A program made the position numbers and the translations under genes. 45,652 nucleotides of DNA from contig JANNEQ010000119.1 in assembly GCA_031378885.1 (NCBI GenBank), forward strand, positions 1 to 45,652, written 5' to 3'. Source of the stretch: Flavobacteriales bacterium. GTDB lineage: Bacteria > Bacteroidota > Bacteroidia > Flavobacteriales_D > Sanyastnellaceae. Under the pieces are notes generated by a model. It was not told the origin of the DNA and ran no database searches. It worked only from the letters and a program-made list of their open reading frames with translations. Shown here one piece after another: positions 29,773 through 39,132 of the stretch (its first letter is position 1; every line of letters begins with the position of its first letter).

Positions 29773-30306
29773 TGGATCAACCGCAAAAGTTGGGGAGAGA
29801 TGGAGCAAGTTGAGTGGATTGACTAAGTCCGTAGGACTTATATGTTATTAGCCCCGGCCTGCCCCAACCGAACTGGTTGTGGGGTGGAACCCGGTGGTCC
29901 GATAATAAAAGATGACCCAACAACTCCAGCGAAGTTGAATGTTATGTTCTGATTCCTATTTTTAACCCTCTTGATTTTTTCAAATCGAATTACAATAATG
30001 TTCGACAATTTAAACCCAAATAGACGTTGGATTTTCATTCATTTTTCTCAGGAAAATTTCAATTAGGAAAAATTGAAACAGCAGAACTATAGAAGCCTGG
30101 CTTTTGTTTCGGTAATTCAACTGTCCATTTATCGGTTCAAAATTCAACTCCGTTGGAGTTGTGGGCCGCGCATTTGGGTCTGAGCCACCGGGTTGCACCC
30201 CACAACCAGTTCGGTTGGGGGCAGGCCGGGGTTAACAACCTTAAAGCCTACTTGGTCAATTTTGCAAATCAAAGTCTGTCACTCCCCAACTTTTGCGGTT
30301 GATCCG
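29773..30306. repeat. MITE-like foldback element with long imperfect inverted-repeat arms (~29773..29942 and ~30150..30306) around an AT-rich ~200-bp core
   Basis: The termini GGATCAACCGCAAAAGTTGGGGAG and CTCCCCAACTTTTGCGGTTGATCC are exact reverse complements. The internal GCCCCGGCCTGCCCCAACCGAACTGGTTGTGGGGTG is mirrored at 30200..30236. No ORF lies inside. Related copies are at 44180..44292 and 45091..45205. Confidence 0.75.
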
Positions 30307-30710
30307 TTATTTTGAATAGGTTGAATTTTCTTTAGCCCTATTCTGGCCGGAATTCAGTTTTGTTTTTCAATGAATTTCGATTGACAATGTCAGATCTTCA
30401 TATCCACGAGCTTTCAAATTGTATTTTTCAGGTGTTGTGATAATGTGTAAATAATTCGAATTGGTACCACAACCTGATTTTTTTTTTGAGTTGGATAGGA
30501 CTTTCACAATGTGATAAAGAAGTGTTCTGCCGCAACTCTATTTTATCTTCTGAAAAAACCTTAGGATGAAAATGTTTGTTGATTAAAAAACAGAATCTGG
30601 TGAAAGTAAAAAGTACCTGTGCTGAAATTATTTTTTTCCGGTGCCTTACTAAATTATTTGAAGATAACAGATATGCCTCTGTCTCGTATTGACGGAATTG
30701 AATTTGGGGT

Positions 30711-30888
30711 AAAATGAAATAGCCTATAAGTGTAGAATTGACACTTACAATAATGTGGTCATTCTTTACTGATGATGTTAGAATTTGGCGTATTATTTCG
30801 ATAGAATGAAATAACCTGAAAGTGTAATATTTACACTTACTCTGATTTGGTCATTCTTTACTGATGATGTTAGAATTTGGCGTAATAT
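30711..30888. repeat. tandem direct repeat, 2 x ~93 bp, containing palindromic cores (AAGTGTAGAATTGACACTT and GTGTAATATTTACAC)
   Basis: A 36-bp segment GGTCATTCTTTACTGATGATGTTAGAATTTGGCGTA is identical at 30757..30792 and 30849..30884. The flanking sequence is ~85% similar. It lies in the ORF-free leader upstream of the first giant gene. Confidence 0.7.
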
Positions 30889-31562
30889 AAGGTATAGCAC
30901 AATTCAGGTTATTTAATTACCAAATGGCTGGGGTTCATGAACGTGACAGCATTGACTTAATCGAATTGAGGATATTGATAGGAGTCCAGTGATGACAATA
31001 CCATAAATTGAATGCACAGCGAATCCTTTGTTGCCATTGGTTTACCTTGCTTATGTCTTGTGTGCATTATGTCAGTGACTATTGACGCTGTAATGAATTT
31101 ACGGGATAGATTTATGCGGTTTGACGTGGTGCGTTTTTAGGTTTAGATTGTATGAATTCGGAAAGGCCTGACTTAAATAGAAAAAGCGCATTTGTTCGGA
31201 GTTTTAAAGGGAGATCCAGATTAATATCTCACTTTTTTTCGAATCATTCGTGGTGAAATGCCTGAAAAGAATAATTTTTATTTTGTTTAATCTGAATTCT
31301 TTTTAGACGAATTGCGAAAAATTGTCGTCAAAGTGTATTCGTAAAATAGTTTTCAACATGCGTACATTTACGTGTTTTGTTTTGCAATATTTCGCCACTC
31401 ACAATTGAGAAAACTTCAAGAATAAATGTACGAACTGTCTCTAGTCATCGATTGTAATCATCTCACCAGATTGATCTGCTGTTGTTGCCGGATGTGAACT
31501 TTTTAGTCATATCGGCCTGACTTTGCGGCGCGCACGTTTGAAAGAATGTTCTTCTCTAAGGT

Positions 31563-31623
31563 GATTGCGCGGATGCCGAAAAGCGCTTAACAGAGTAGGT
31601 TACTAAATTTTTATCTAAACACT
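31563..31623 (+). promoter_or_regulatory. conserved 5' leader shared by both giant genes (CCGAAAAGCGC...AACAGAGTAGGT...TTTTTATCTAAACACT ATG)
   Basis: About 60 bp upstream of the ATG are near-identical to 39072..39132 upstream of the second giant gene. The similarity continues through the signal-peptide codons. Confidence 0.4.
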
Positions 31624-34600
31624 ATGTTTAAAAGATTACTGTTGACGGTTACTACCGTCATGATCGCGCTCATTAGTATTAGAGCAGCTCTTCTTCCAGA
31701 TTTAATCCCCTTACTCGACTCTGAAAAATCCGGCATTACCGTCGGGAGTGATGGTAGGATAGATGCATTTTGCGAATATCCCACCTCCCTTTCTGCTACA
31801 TTGCTGGATTGCCCAAGTCACACCTATCAGTTTGGTGTCGTCGGTGGTTCTGGTTCTATCTGTGCCTCTTATTGGGTAATAGATAATACCATTACATTGC
31901 CAGGTGGAATCCCCATGTCCTACGCATTTAGTACACCAGGTTATCACCTGATTTGTGCTAAAATTTATTGTTGTGAAGGTGGCGATGCCATATGGCTATG
32001 TACAGAAATTAACGTTCCGGAATTTTGTTCTTGTGTGCTTCCAACCGAGATTAAGGTGGAGGTTCTGAGTTGTCCTGAGCATTATTATCAGTTCACCGTA
32101 CCTCTTGAGAACGATTTGGTATGCATAGGAAAGTGGGTTGTAGATGGCGTTTCAATTACTGCCGGTGATAATCCTTTCCTTTATGTTCTTACACCTGGAA
32201 CACATACTATTTGTGTACAGGTATATTGCTGCGAGAATCCCAATCAAGCGAGCTTGATTTGTGTGGAGGTTGTAGTTCCTGAATCATGTGAGTGTATACA
32301 TCCCAATGAAATTCAAGTTCAGTTGCTGGACTGTCCCTCACATCAATACCTGTTTGTGCCTTTGGGATTACAATACATTTGCGAATATGATTGGTACGTG
32401 GATGGAGTGTTGGTATCCAACGCAAGTAATTTGATTATTAATCTTACACCAGGCTCTCATGAAATTTGTCTGAAGACTTTTTGCTGTGAGACCGGTGCAG
32501 GTGATGGCATTTGTATTACTATTATTGTTCCTGAAAATTGTGGTTGCGTTCTGCCTGATGTGATAAAGGTAGAAGAACTCAATTGTGCAGAGCATCTCTA
32601 TCAGTTTTTACTACCCAACGTGGGTGATGGAGTTTGTATTGGAAAGTGGATTGTTGATGGAATATCAATTACAGATAACGTCAATCCATTTATTTACAAT
32701 CTCACTCCAGGTGTACATGAAATTTGTGTTCAGTTGTATTGTTGTGAAAATCCTGAGCAAACATTTATTGTTCTATGTACCATTGTGGATGTACCCGAGT
32801 TTTGTCCTTGTGTGCTTCCGGTAGCTATTATGACCACTGAACTTGATTGTCCATCTCACAAGTATGATTTTTCACTTGTGGGCCTTTCCGGTGATGTGTG
32901 CGTGGCATTTTGGCTTGTAGATGGTGTGGTAGATGGTTCTACCGGATACAACCTTACACTTAATCTGACACCGGGTGTGCACGAAATATGCGCCAAAGTA
33001 TATTGCTGCGATTTTAGCGGAGGTACTTATCTGTGCACAACCGTTATTGTTCCCGAAAATTGCTACAGTTGTGTATTCCCTACAGGAATATTGGCCACAG
33101 AAATCAATTGTCCTGAACATTTGTATCAGTTCGATATTATCGGATTGTATGATGCAGTGTGTATCAAAGAATGGGTTATTGATGGAGTAGGTAATGGAAT
33201 TGACCCAACCTCACTTACCATCTCTCTCACTCCGGGTATCCACACAATTTGTGTAAATGTCTATTGTTGTGATGGTTCAAGTGACTTAGTTCAGATTTGC
33301 ACTACTGTTTTTGTTCCCGATAATTGCGATTGTATATTCCCTGAGGGAATAAAGGTAACAGAGCTGAATTGCCCTGAACACCTTTACCAGTTTTCAATTG
33401 TTGGACCGTACTCAGGTATGTGTATCAAAGATTGGTTTGTAGACGGTAGCAATATAAACCAACCATTCGATCCAACTACCTACGTTCTAACTCCAGGATC
33501 GCATGATATATGTCTATACATATACTGCTGTGAAACTGGCGTTGGACAATGGTATTGCGTTACAATTGAGGTTCCGGAGTATTGCGGTTGCGTTTTCCCG
33601 ACTGATATTAATGTGACGGAAATTAGTTGTCCTGAACATTTATATGAGTTCTCACTGGTTGGACCATACTCTGGTATGTGTATCAAAGACTGGTGGGTAG
33701 ATGGCAACAATATCGGTCAACCTTTTGATCCTACAACTTACGTGCTTACACCAGGACCACATACAATATGTGTTTACGTGTATTGCTGTGAGACTGGACA
33801 GGGTATCTGGTTGTGCAAAGACATTGTAGTTCCTGTCTGCGATTGCATTTTACCGGATGGTATCATGGTTACACCACTTACAGGTTGCCCTGATAACAAA
33901 TACCAATTCGGTCTGTGGGGTGGAAGCGGATATTGTATCGCTGATTGGTACGAACCAGGAGTTGCTTCTTATGGCAATTCTTATCCATTGTATCTCACTC
34001 TTTCACCTGGTACACATAAAATTTGTGTTAAGGTATATTGCTGCGAAGATCCTAGTATCAGCACAGAGCTTTGCACAGAGGTGTTCGTACCTTATTGCGA
34101 ATGCATTTTACCGGATGCCATCATGGTTACACCACTTACAGGTTGCCCTGAGAACAAATATCAATTCGGTCTGTGGGGTGGAAGTGGATATTGTATCGCC
34201 GATTGGTACGAACCAGGAGTTGCTTCTTATGGCAATTCTTATCCATTGTATCTCACTCTTTCACCAGGTACACATAAAATTTGTGTTAAGGTGTATTGCT
34301 GTGAAGATCCAAATATCAGCGCAGAGCTTTGCACAGAGGTGTTCGTGCCTTATTGCGAATGCGTTTTACCGGATGCCATCATGGTTACACCACTTACAGG
34401 TTGCCCTGATAACAAATATCAATTCGGTCTGTGGGGTGGAAGTGGATATTGTATCGCTGATTGGTACGAACCAGGAGTTGCTTCTTATGGCAATTCTTAT
34501 CCATTGAATATAGCTCTTTCACCAGGTGTACACAAAATTTGTGTTAAGGTGTATTGCTGTGAAGATCCAAATATCAGCATCGAACTTTGCACAGAAGTAA

Positions 34601-37600
34601 TCGTACCTAATTGCGATTGCGTTTTACCGGATGGTATTGTGGTTATGCCACTTACAGGTTGCCCTGATAACAAATACGAATTCGGTCTGTGGGGTGGAAG
34701 CGGATATTGTATCGCCGGTTGGTACGAACCAGGAGTTGCTTCTTATGGCAATTCTTATCCATTGTATCTCACTCTTTCACCAGGCGTGCATAAAATTTGT
34801 GTTAAGGTGTATTGCTGTGAAAATCCAAGTATCAGCACAGAACTTTGCATAGAGGTGAACGTACCTTATTGCGATTGTGTTTTGCCGGATGCTATTATGG
34901 TTACACCACTTACAGGTTGCCCTGATAACAAATATCAATTCGGTCTGTGGGGTGGAAGCGGATATTGTATCAGCGACTGGTACGAAGGAAGTATTTCTTA
35001 TGGAAATTCGTATCCCCTGATTCTTGCTCTTACTCCTGGCACTCACATCATTTGTGTGAAGTTGTATTGCTGCAACAATCCGAATGTTAGTACTACATTA
35101 TGCACTACTGTTGTTGTTCCAGACTGCCCACCTTGCACATTCCCTGATGGGATCATGGTTACTGCTTTAACAGGTTGCCCTGATAACAAATATGAATTTG
35201 GCCTATGGGGCGGAAGTGGATATTGTATCAGCGATTGGTATGAAGGAAGTATTTCTTACGGAAATTCGTATCCATTACAGATCGCTCTTACACCTGGTAC
35301 GCATATTATTTGTGTGAAGTTGTATTGCTGCGAGAATTCTAACTACAGTATTAATTTATGTGTTACTGTAATTGTGCCTTCTTGCGATTGCGTTCTGCCA
35401 GATGGTATTCTGCATGAAGTGCTTGACTGCCCTAACCACAAATACCAATTCACTCTTTGCGGTGGAAGTGGATATTGTGTACAGCAATGGTGCGACAATG
35501 GTGTGCCAATGGGTAATGATTACCCCTGGAATACTACGTTAACTCCAGGTCTTCACATGATCTGCGTTACAGTTTATTGCTGCGAAAACCCATCTATCCA
35601 GACTGTACTTTGTAAGGAAGTATTTGTTCCTGAATATTGCTGCGTTCTTCCAACTGAAATTGGAGTGAAACGTCTTGCCTGCTCAAATAAATATGAATTC
35701 ACAGCATATTGTGTAGTGGATGATAATGTTTGCTTTGGCAAGTGGTTTGTAGATGGCGACGCAATTGATTCTGGTATTAATCCTTTCACAGTGGAGCTTA
35801 CACCTGGAACACATGAAATCTGTGTTAATGTGTATTGCTGCGACACTGGTCTCGGTACCCAGATTTGTGTGACTGTAGTTGTTCCTGAAGTTTATAATTG
35901 CGTATTGCCTGATGGTATCATGGTAAACGTCTTGGATTGTCCAACACACAAATACGAGTTTACTTTATGGGGCGGAATTGATTATATAGTGAAGCAATGG
36001 TACGTCCAGGGTACTCCCATGGGCGAAGCTTATCCATTTATCACAAATCTTGCTCCCGGTACTTACACAATTTGTGTAGTGGTTTACTGCTGTGAAACCG
36101 GCGAAGCTAAAGAGATGTGCATTGATGTCACTGTTCCTGAATTCTGCTGCGAATTGCCAACAGACATCGGGGTTAAAATACTCGATTGTCCTGGTCACAA
36201 GTATCAGTTCACTGTGCTTTGTCCCGCAGATAATATCTGTTTTGGAAAATGGTCTGTTGATGGTGTGGCAATTGATTCTGGCGTCAATCCATTCATTACA
36301 GGTCTTACTCCTGGTAACCATACTATTTGCGTAACTGTGTACTGCTGCGATTATCCGGACCAATCCAAACTATTGTGTGTGGATGTATACGTTCCGGAAA
36401 ATTGTGATTGCCAATTCCCAAGTGGCATTATGGTCACTGAGTTGGATTGTGCTACTCATACTTACGAATTCGCATTCTGGGATTATAGTAACATTTGCGT
36501 ACTTCAGTGGTACGACAATGGACTACCAATGGGTAATGATTATCCATGGGTAACTACCTTGACTCCTGGCGACCATGAGATTTGTGTGACCTTCTATTGC
36601 TGCGATAATCCTTGCGAAATAGGTTCGTTGTGCACTTCAGTTCACGTTCCTGATTTCTGCTGCAATTTGCCTACTGGCATTGAATACAACTTGCTCGACT
36701 GTGTCGAAGGTTTGTACGAATTCAATTTGGTAGGTGGCAGCGGTGACTTCTGCGTGTCGTACTGGCAGGTGGATGATTATCTGATTGCTTCAACAAGCCC
36801 ATTCCTTATTACATCTCTATTCCCCGGACCACATCATATATGTGCCAAGGTATATTGCTGCAACGGAACAGGTGATGCACAGCTAATCTGTATTGATATC
36901 GTTGTAGAGGGTTGCCCATGTATACTTCCAACCGAAGTTGTTGCAACGCAGCTCGATTGCGCTACCGGTTTATATCAATTCGACCTTATCGGTGGAAATG
37001 ATTACTGGTGTGTGGCTGAGTGGGTTGTTGATGGCAGCGGAATCGGAAGCACAGACAATCCTTTGCTGTACAACCTTACACCTGGAACACATGAAATATG
37101 TGTGAAAGTGTATTGCTGCTATGGTGGCGGTGGATCTGACTACTTGTGCGTGACTGTTGAAGTACCCAATTGTGATTGCGTTTATCCGACGACCATTGAA
37201 TTGATCGCGAAAAATTGCACAGAGCATTTGTACACCTTCGGCTTTGTTGGAGGATCAGATTTCTGCGTGGCATATTGGAATGTAGATAATACAGGGGAAG
37301 TAGAAAGTGGAAATTATACCCCAACATTCTACCTCACTCCAGGCTGGCATACAATCTGTGCTAAAGTATATTGCTGCAATGGCAATGCTGAAGCCGCATT
37401 AATCTGCATTGACTTCTATGTGCCTGAATTCTGCGATTGCGAATTACCAACTGATATTAAGACAACAGTTATTTCCTGCCCTGATCATAAATACCAATTT
37501 GATCTTGTAGGCGGAGATGGAAATCTTTGTATCAAAGACTGGTATGTGGATGGTGCCAATCAAGGGGCTCCATATTCACCTTTTGTGACAACGCTTACAC

Positions 37601-38511
37601 CTGGTATACATGAAGTATGTGTTTACGTATACTGCTGCGATACAGGTGTTGGAGTTTATCTCTGCACTACAGTTGTTGTTCCGGAGAATTGCGACTGCAC
37701 TTATCCGACTGGTATTGCCTTGTTGGGATCCAATTGTCCTGAAGGCTTATATACTTTCGGATTGAATGGTGGCTCAAACTTCTGCATAGCTTATTGGAAA
37801 ATTGATGGTGGAGCAGAAGTGGAAGGTGGAAATTATTCTCCAACTTTCTATCTGGCACCAGGTCCTCATACAATTTGCGTAAAAGTGTATTGCTGCGAGG
37901 GTGGACCTGAGGCAGAGATTATCTGTATTGACTTCGTTGTTCCAGAGAATTGCGAATGCATTCTTCCAACCAAGATTAGTGTGGCCGCACTTACCTGCAA
38001 CACATACCAGTTCGGATTTAACTTCGGAGCGAACTACTGCGTAGCTTATTGGACAATTGACGGTGGAGCTGAAGTGGAAGGTGGAAATTACAATCCTATC
38101 TTCACTCTTTCAGGAGGTCATCATACGATTTGCGCGAAAGTATATTGCTGCGACGGTCTATCTGATGCGGTGCTCATTTGCGTAGAACTTGATGTTCCAT
38201 GCGATATAGCTCCTGGTGGAATGGCAATGGCTCCTGGTAACTCAGGAATAGAAAATCAGCTTAACGAAAAAGTCGAAGCAAAACTATTCCCTGTTCCTAC
38301 AGAGTCTATATTGAACATTTCTTATGATCAATTGGTGAACCTCAAAGAACTTACTGTAATGAACATGATGGGTGAAATCATCGTGCGCAAATCAAATCTG
38401 GGTGACATTAGTACCACCCAATTGGATGTGCAATCATTATCAAGTGGAGTTTATACAGTTACACTCAATGCCAACGGGCATTTGCAACACATCAGTTTCA
38501 TTAAGAAATAA
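31624..38511 (+). CDS. giant secreted Cys-rich repeat protein (2295 aa) with a T9SS type-A C-terminal sorting domain
   Basis: Signal peptide, then ~25 tandem ~85-aa repeats with the consensus C-x-C-x-LP-x-I-(x5)-LDCP-x-H-x-Y-x-F-(x3)-GG-x-G-x-C-(x3)-W-x-VDG-(x~20)-LTPG-x-H-x-ICV-x-VYCC-(x8)-LC-(x2)-V-x-VP, i.e. about 8 Cys per unit. The C-terminal LFPVPTESILNISYDQ...GVYTVTLNANGHLQHISFIKK is a T9SS tail. Confidence 0.9.
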   Translation: MFKRLLLTVTTVMIALISIRAALLPDLIPLLDSEKSGITVGSDGRIDAFCEYPTSLSATLLDCPSHTYQFGVVGGSGSICASYWVIDNTITLPGGIPMSYAFSTPGYHLICAKIYCCEGGDAIWLCTEINVPEFCSCVLPTEIKVEVLSCPEHYYQFTVPLENDLVCIGKWVVDGVSITAGDNPFLYVLTPGTHTICVQVYCCENPNQASLICVEVVVPESCECIHPNEIQVQLLDCPSHQYLFVPLGLQYICEYDWYVDGVLVSNASNLIINLTPGSHEICLKTFCCETGAGDGICITIIVPENCGCVLPDVIKVEELNCAEHLYQFLLPNVGDGVCIGKWIVDGISITDNVNPFIYNLTPGVHEICVQLYCCENPEQTFIVLCTIVDVPEFCPCVLPVAIMTTELDCPSHKYDFSLVGLSGDVCVAFWLVDGVVDGSTGYNLTLNLTPGVHEICAKVYCCDFSGGTYLCTTVIVPENCYSCVFPTGILATEINCPEHLYQFDIIGLYDAVCIKEWVIDGVGNGIDPTSLTISLTPGIHTICVNVYCCDGSSDLVQICTTVFVPDNCDCIFPEGIKVTELNCPEHLYQFSIVGPYSGMCIKDWFVDGSNINQPFDPTTYVLTPGSHDICLYIYCCETGVGQWYCVTIEVPEYCGCVFPTDINVTEISCPEHLYEFSLVGPYSGMCIKDWWVDGNNIGQPFDPTTYVLTPGPHTICVYVYCCETGQGIWLCKDIVVPVCDCILPDGIMVTPLTGCPDNKYQFGLWGGSGYCIADWYEPGVASYGNSYPLYLTLSPGTHKICVKVYCCEDPSISTELCTEVFVPYCECILPDAIMVTPLTGCPENKYQFGLWGGSGYCIADWYEPGVASYGNSYPLYLTLSPGTHKICVKVYCCEDPNISAELCTEVFVPYCECVLPDAIMVTPLTGCPDNKYQFGLWGGSGYCIADWYEPGVASYGNSYPLNIALSPGVHKICVKVYCCEDPNISIELCTEVIVPNCDCVLPDGIVVMPLTGCPDNKYEFGLWGGSGYCIAGWYEPGVASYGNSYPLYLTLSPGVHKICVKVYCCENPSISTELCIEVNVPYCDCVLPDAIMVTPLTGCPDNKYQFGLWGGSGYCISDWYEGSISYGNSYPLILALTPGTHIICVKLYCCNNPNVSTTLCTTVVVPDCPPCTFPDGIMVTALTGCPDNKYEFGLWGGSGYCISDWYEGSISYGNSYPLQIALTPGTHIICVKLYCCENSNYSINLCVTVIVPSCDCVLPDGILHEVLDCPNHKYQFTLCGGSGYCVQQWCDNGVPMGNDYPWNTTLTPGLHMICVTVYCCENPSIQTVLCKEVFVPEYCCVLPTEIGVKRLACSNKYEFTAYCVVDDNVCFGKWFVDGDAIDSGINPFTVELTPGTHEICVNVYCCDTGLGTQICVTVVVPEVYNCVLPDGIMVNVLDCPTHKYEFTLWGGIDYIVKQWYVQGTPMGEAYPFITNLAPGTYTICVVVYCCETGEAKEMCIDVTVPEFCCELPTDIGVKILDCPGHKYQFTVLCPADNICFGKWSVDGVAIDSGVNPFITGLTPGNHTICVTVYCCDYPDQSKLLCVDVYVPENCDCQFPSGIMVTELDCATHTYEFAFWDYSNICVLQWYDNGLPMGNDYPWVTTLTPGDHEICVTFYCCDNPCEIGSLCTSVHVPDFCCNLPTGIEYNLLDCVEGLYEFNLVGGSGDFCVSYWQVDDYLIASTSPFLITSLFPGPHHICAKVYCCNGTGDAQLICIDIVVEGCPCILPTEVVATQLDCATGLYQFDLIGGNDYWCVAEWVVDGSGIGSTDNPLLYNLTPGTHEICVKVYCCYGGGGSDYLCVTVEVPNCDCVYPTTIELIAKNCTEHLYTFGFVGGSDFCVAYWNVDNTGEVESGNYTPTFYLTPGWHTICAKVYCCNGNAEAALICIDFYVPEFCDCELPTDIKTTVISCPDHKYQFDLVGGDGNLCIKDWYVDGANQGAPYSPFVTTLTPGIHEVCVYVYCCDTGVGVYLCTTVVVPENCDCTYPTGIALLGSNCPEGLYTFGLNGGSNFCIAYWKIDGGAEVEGGNYSPTFYLAPGPHTICVKVYCCEGGPEAEIICIDFVVPENCECILPTKISVAALTCNTYQFGFNFGANYCVAYWTIDGGAEVEGGNYNPIFTLSGGHHTICAKVYCCDGLSDAVLICVELDVPCDIAPGGMAMAPGNSGIENQLNEKVEAKLFPVPTESILNISYDQLVNLKELTVMNMMGEIIVRKSNLGDISTTQLDVQSLSSGVYTVTLNANGHLQHISFIKK
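33838..35385 (+). repeat. intragenic tandem array of six 258-bp (86-aa) units at ~90-97% identity
   Basis: Units start at 33838, 34096, 34354, 34612, 34870 and 35128, each encoding C[DE]C[IV]LPD[GA]IMVTPLTGCPDNKYQFGLWGGSGYCI[AS]DWYE...ICVK[VL]YCC. Off-frame ORFs on both strands show the same periodicity. Confidence 0.85.
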
Positions 38512-38606
38512 TATTTCCAAATGAATTGATTCGTGTGATCAATGTAATTCTAACACAAGAAACAACAGCCTTTAAGTCCTGTTGATTCAAGTGAAATTTA
38601 ATAAAA

Positions 38607-38641
38607 TGGCTGCCAGTTTTCTGGCGGCCATTTTTGTTTTT
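38607..38641 (+). terminator. rho-independent terminator after the first giant gene
   Basis: TGGCTGCCAG-TTTT-CTGGCGGCCA hairpin followed by TTTTTGTTTTT. Confidence 0.7.
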
Positions 38642-39132
38642 CTAATCGGTCGCGTTGAACTGTTTTTTTGGATTTAAAGTGGAACTTTAAGCATGTATTT
38701 TATCAGGAATTTCCCCTACGATGAAATCGTATTTTGGCTCGGCAGGCCATTAAATACTTTCGATAATGGCGACCGATGCCCAATAAGTCGAAATTCCATA
38801 AATGGAATGAACGCTCATTTTTTGTAGATGAACTGACTATATTTATCGCTTAAATTGCCAATTCGGATATTTATTAACATTTGTAAGAATCGAACTATTT
38901 TAACGAGATTTACTGCACTCACTGACAAGGAAATTTTTCAAATGCACGGAACCTCTATTTTAATCTTTTCTACCAATCAAAATTATCTTGGTTTTTGTTG
39001 CTGTAAGTAACAATGGATCCGATTGGAATGGATTGTGGTTTTTGAGCTCATTGAATTCTTCTTTGAAAAGAGCGCGCGTCAACCGAAAAGCGCATGAACA
39101 GAGTAGGTAAACAATTTTTTTATCTAAACACT

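Noticed and set aside
33857-34507. A 216-aa ORF with internally repeating text (MVSWLHHLQVALITN... three times), plus other off-frame and antisense ORFs inside the giant genes such as 34631..34852, 35965..36363 and 32872..33120.
   Set aside because: They are alternate-frame or antisense readings of the 258-bp tandem repeat array and of the giant coding regions. The periodicity comes from the DNA repeats, not from real genes.
30711-35385. A CRISPR array, given the regularly spaced direct repeats in the upstream tandem repeat and the intragenic 258-bp units.
   Set aside because: The 93-bp and 258-bp periodicities are far too long. The latter units are in-frame protein-coding modules. There are no short 25-40-bp repeats with unique spacers and no cas genes anywhere in the window.
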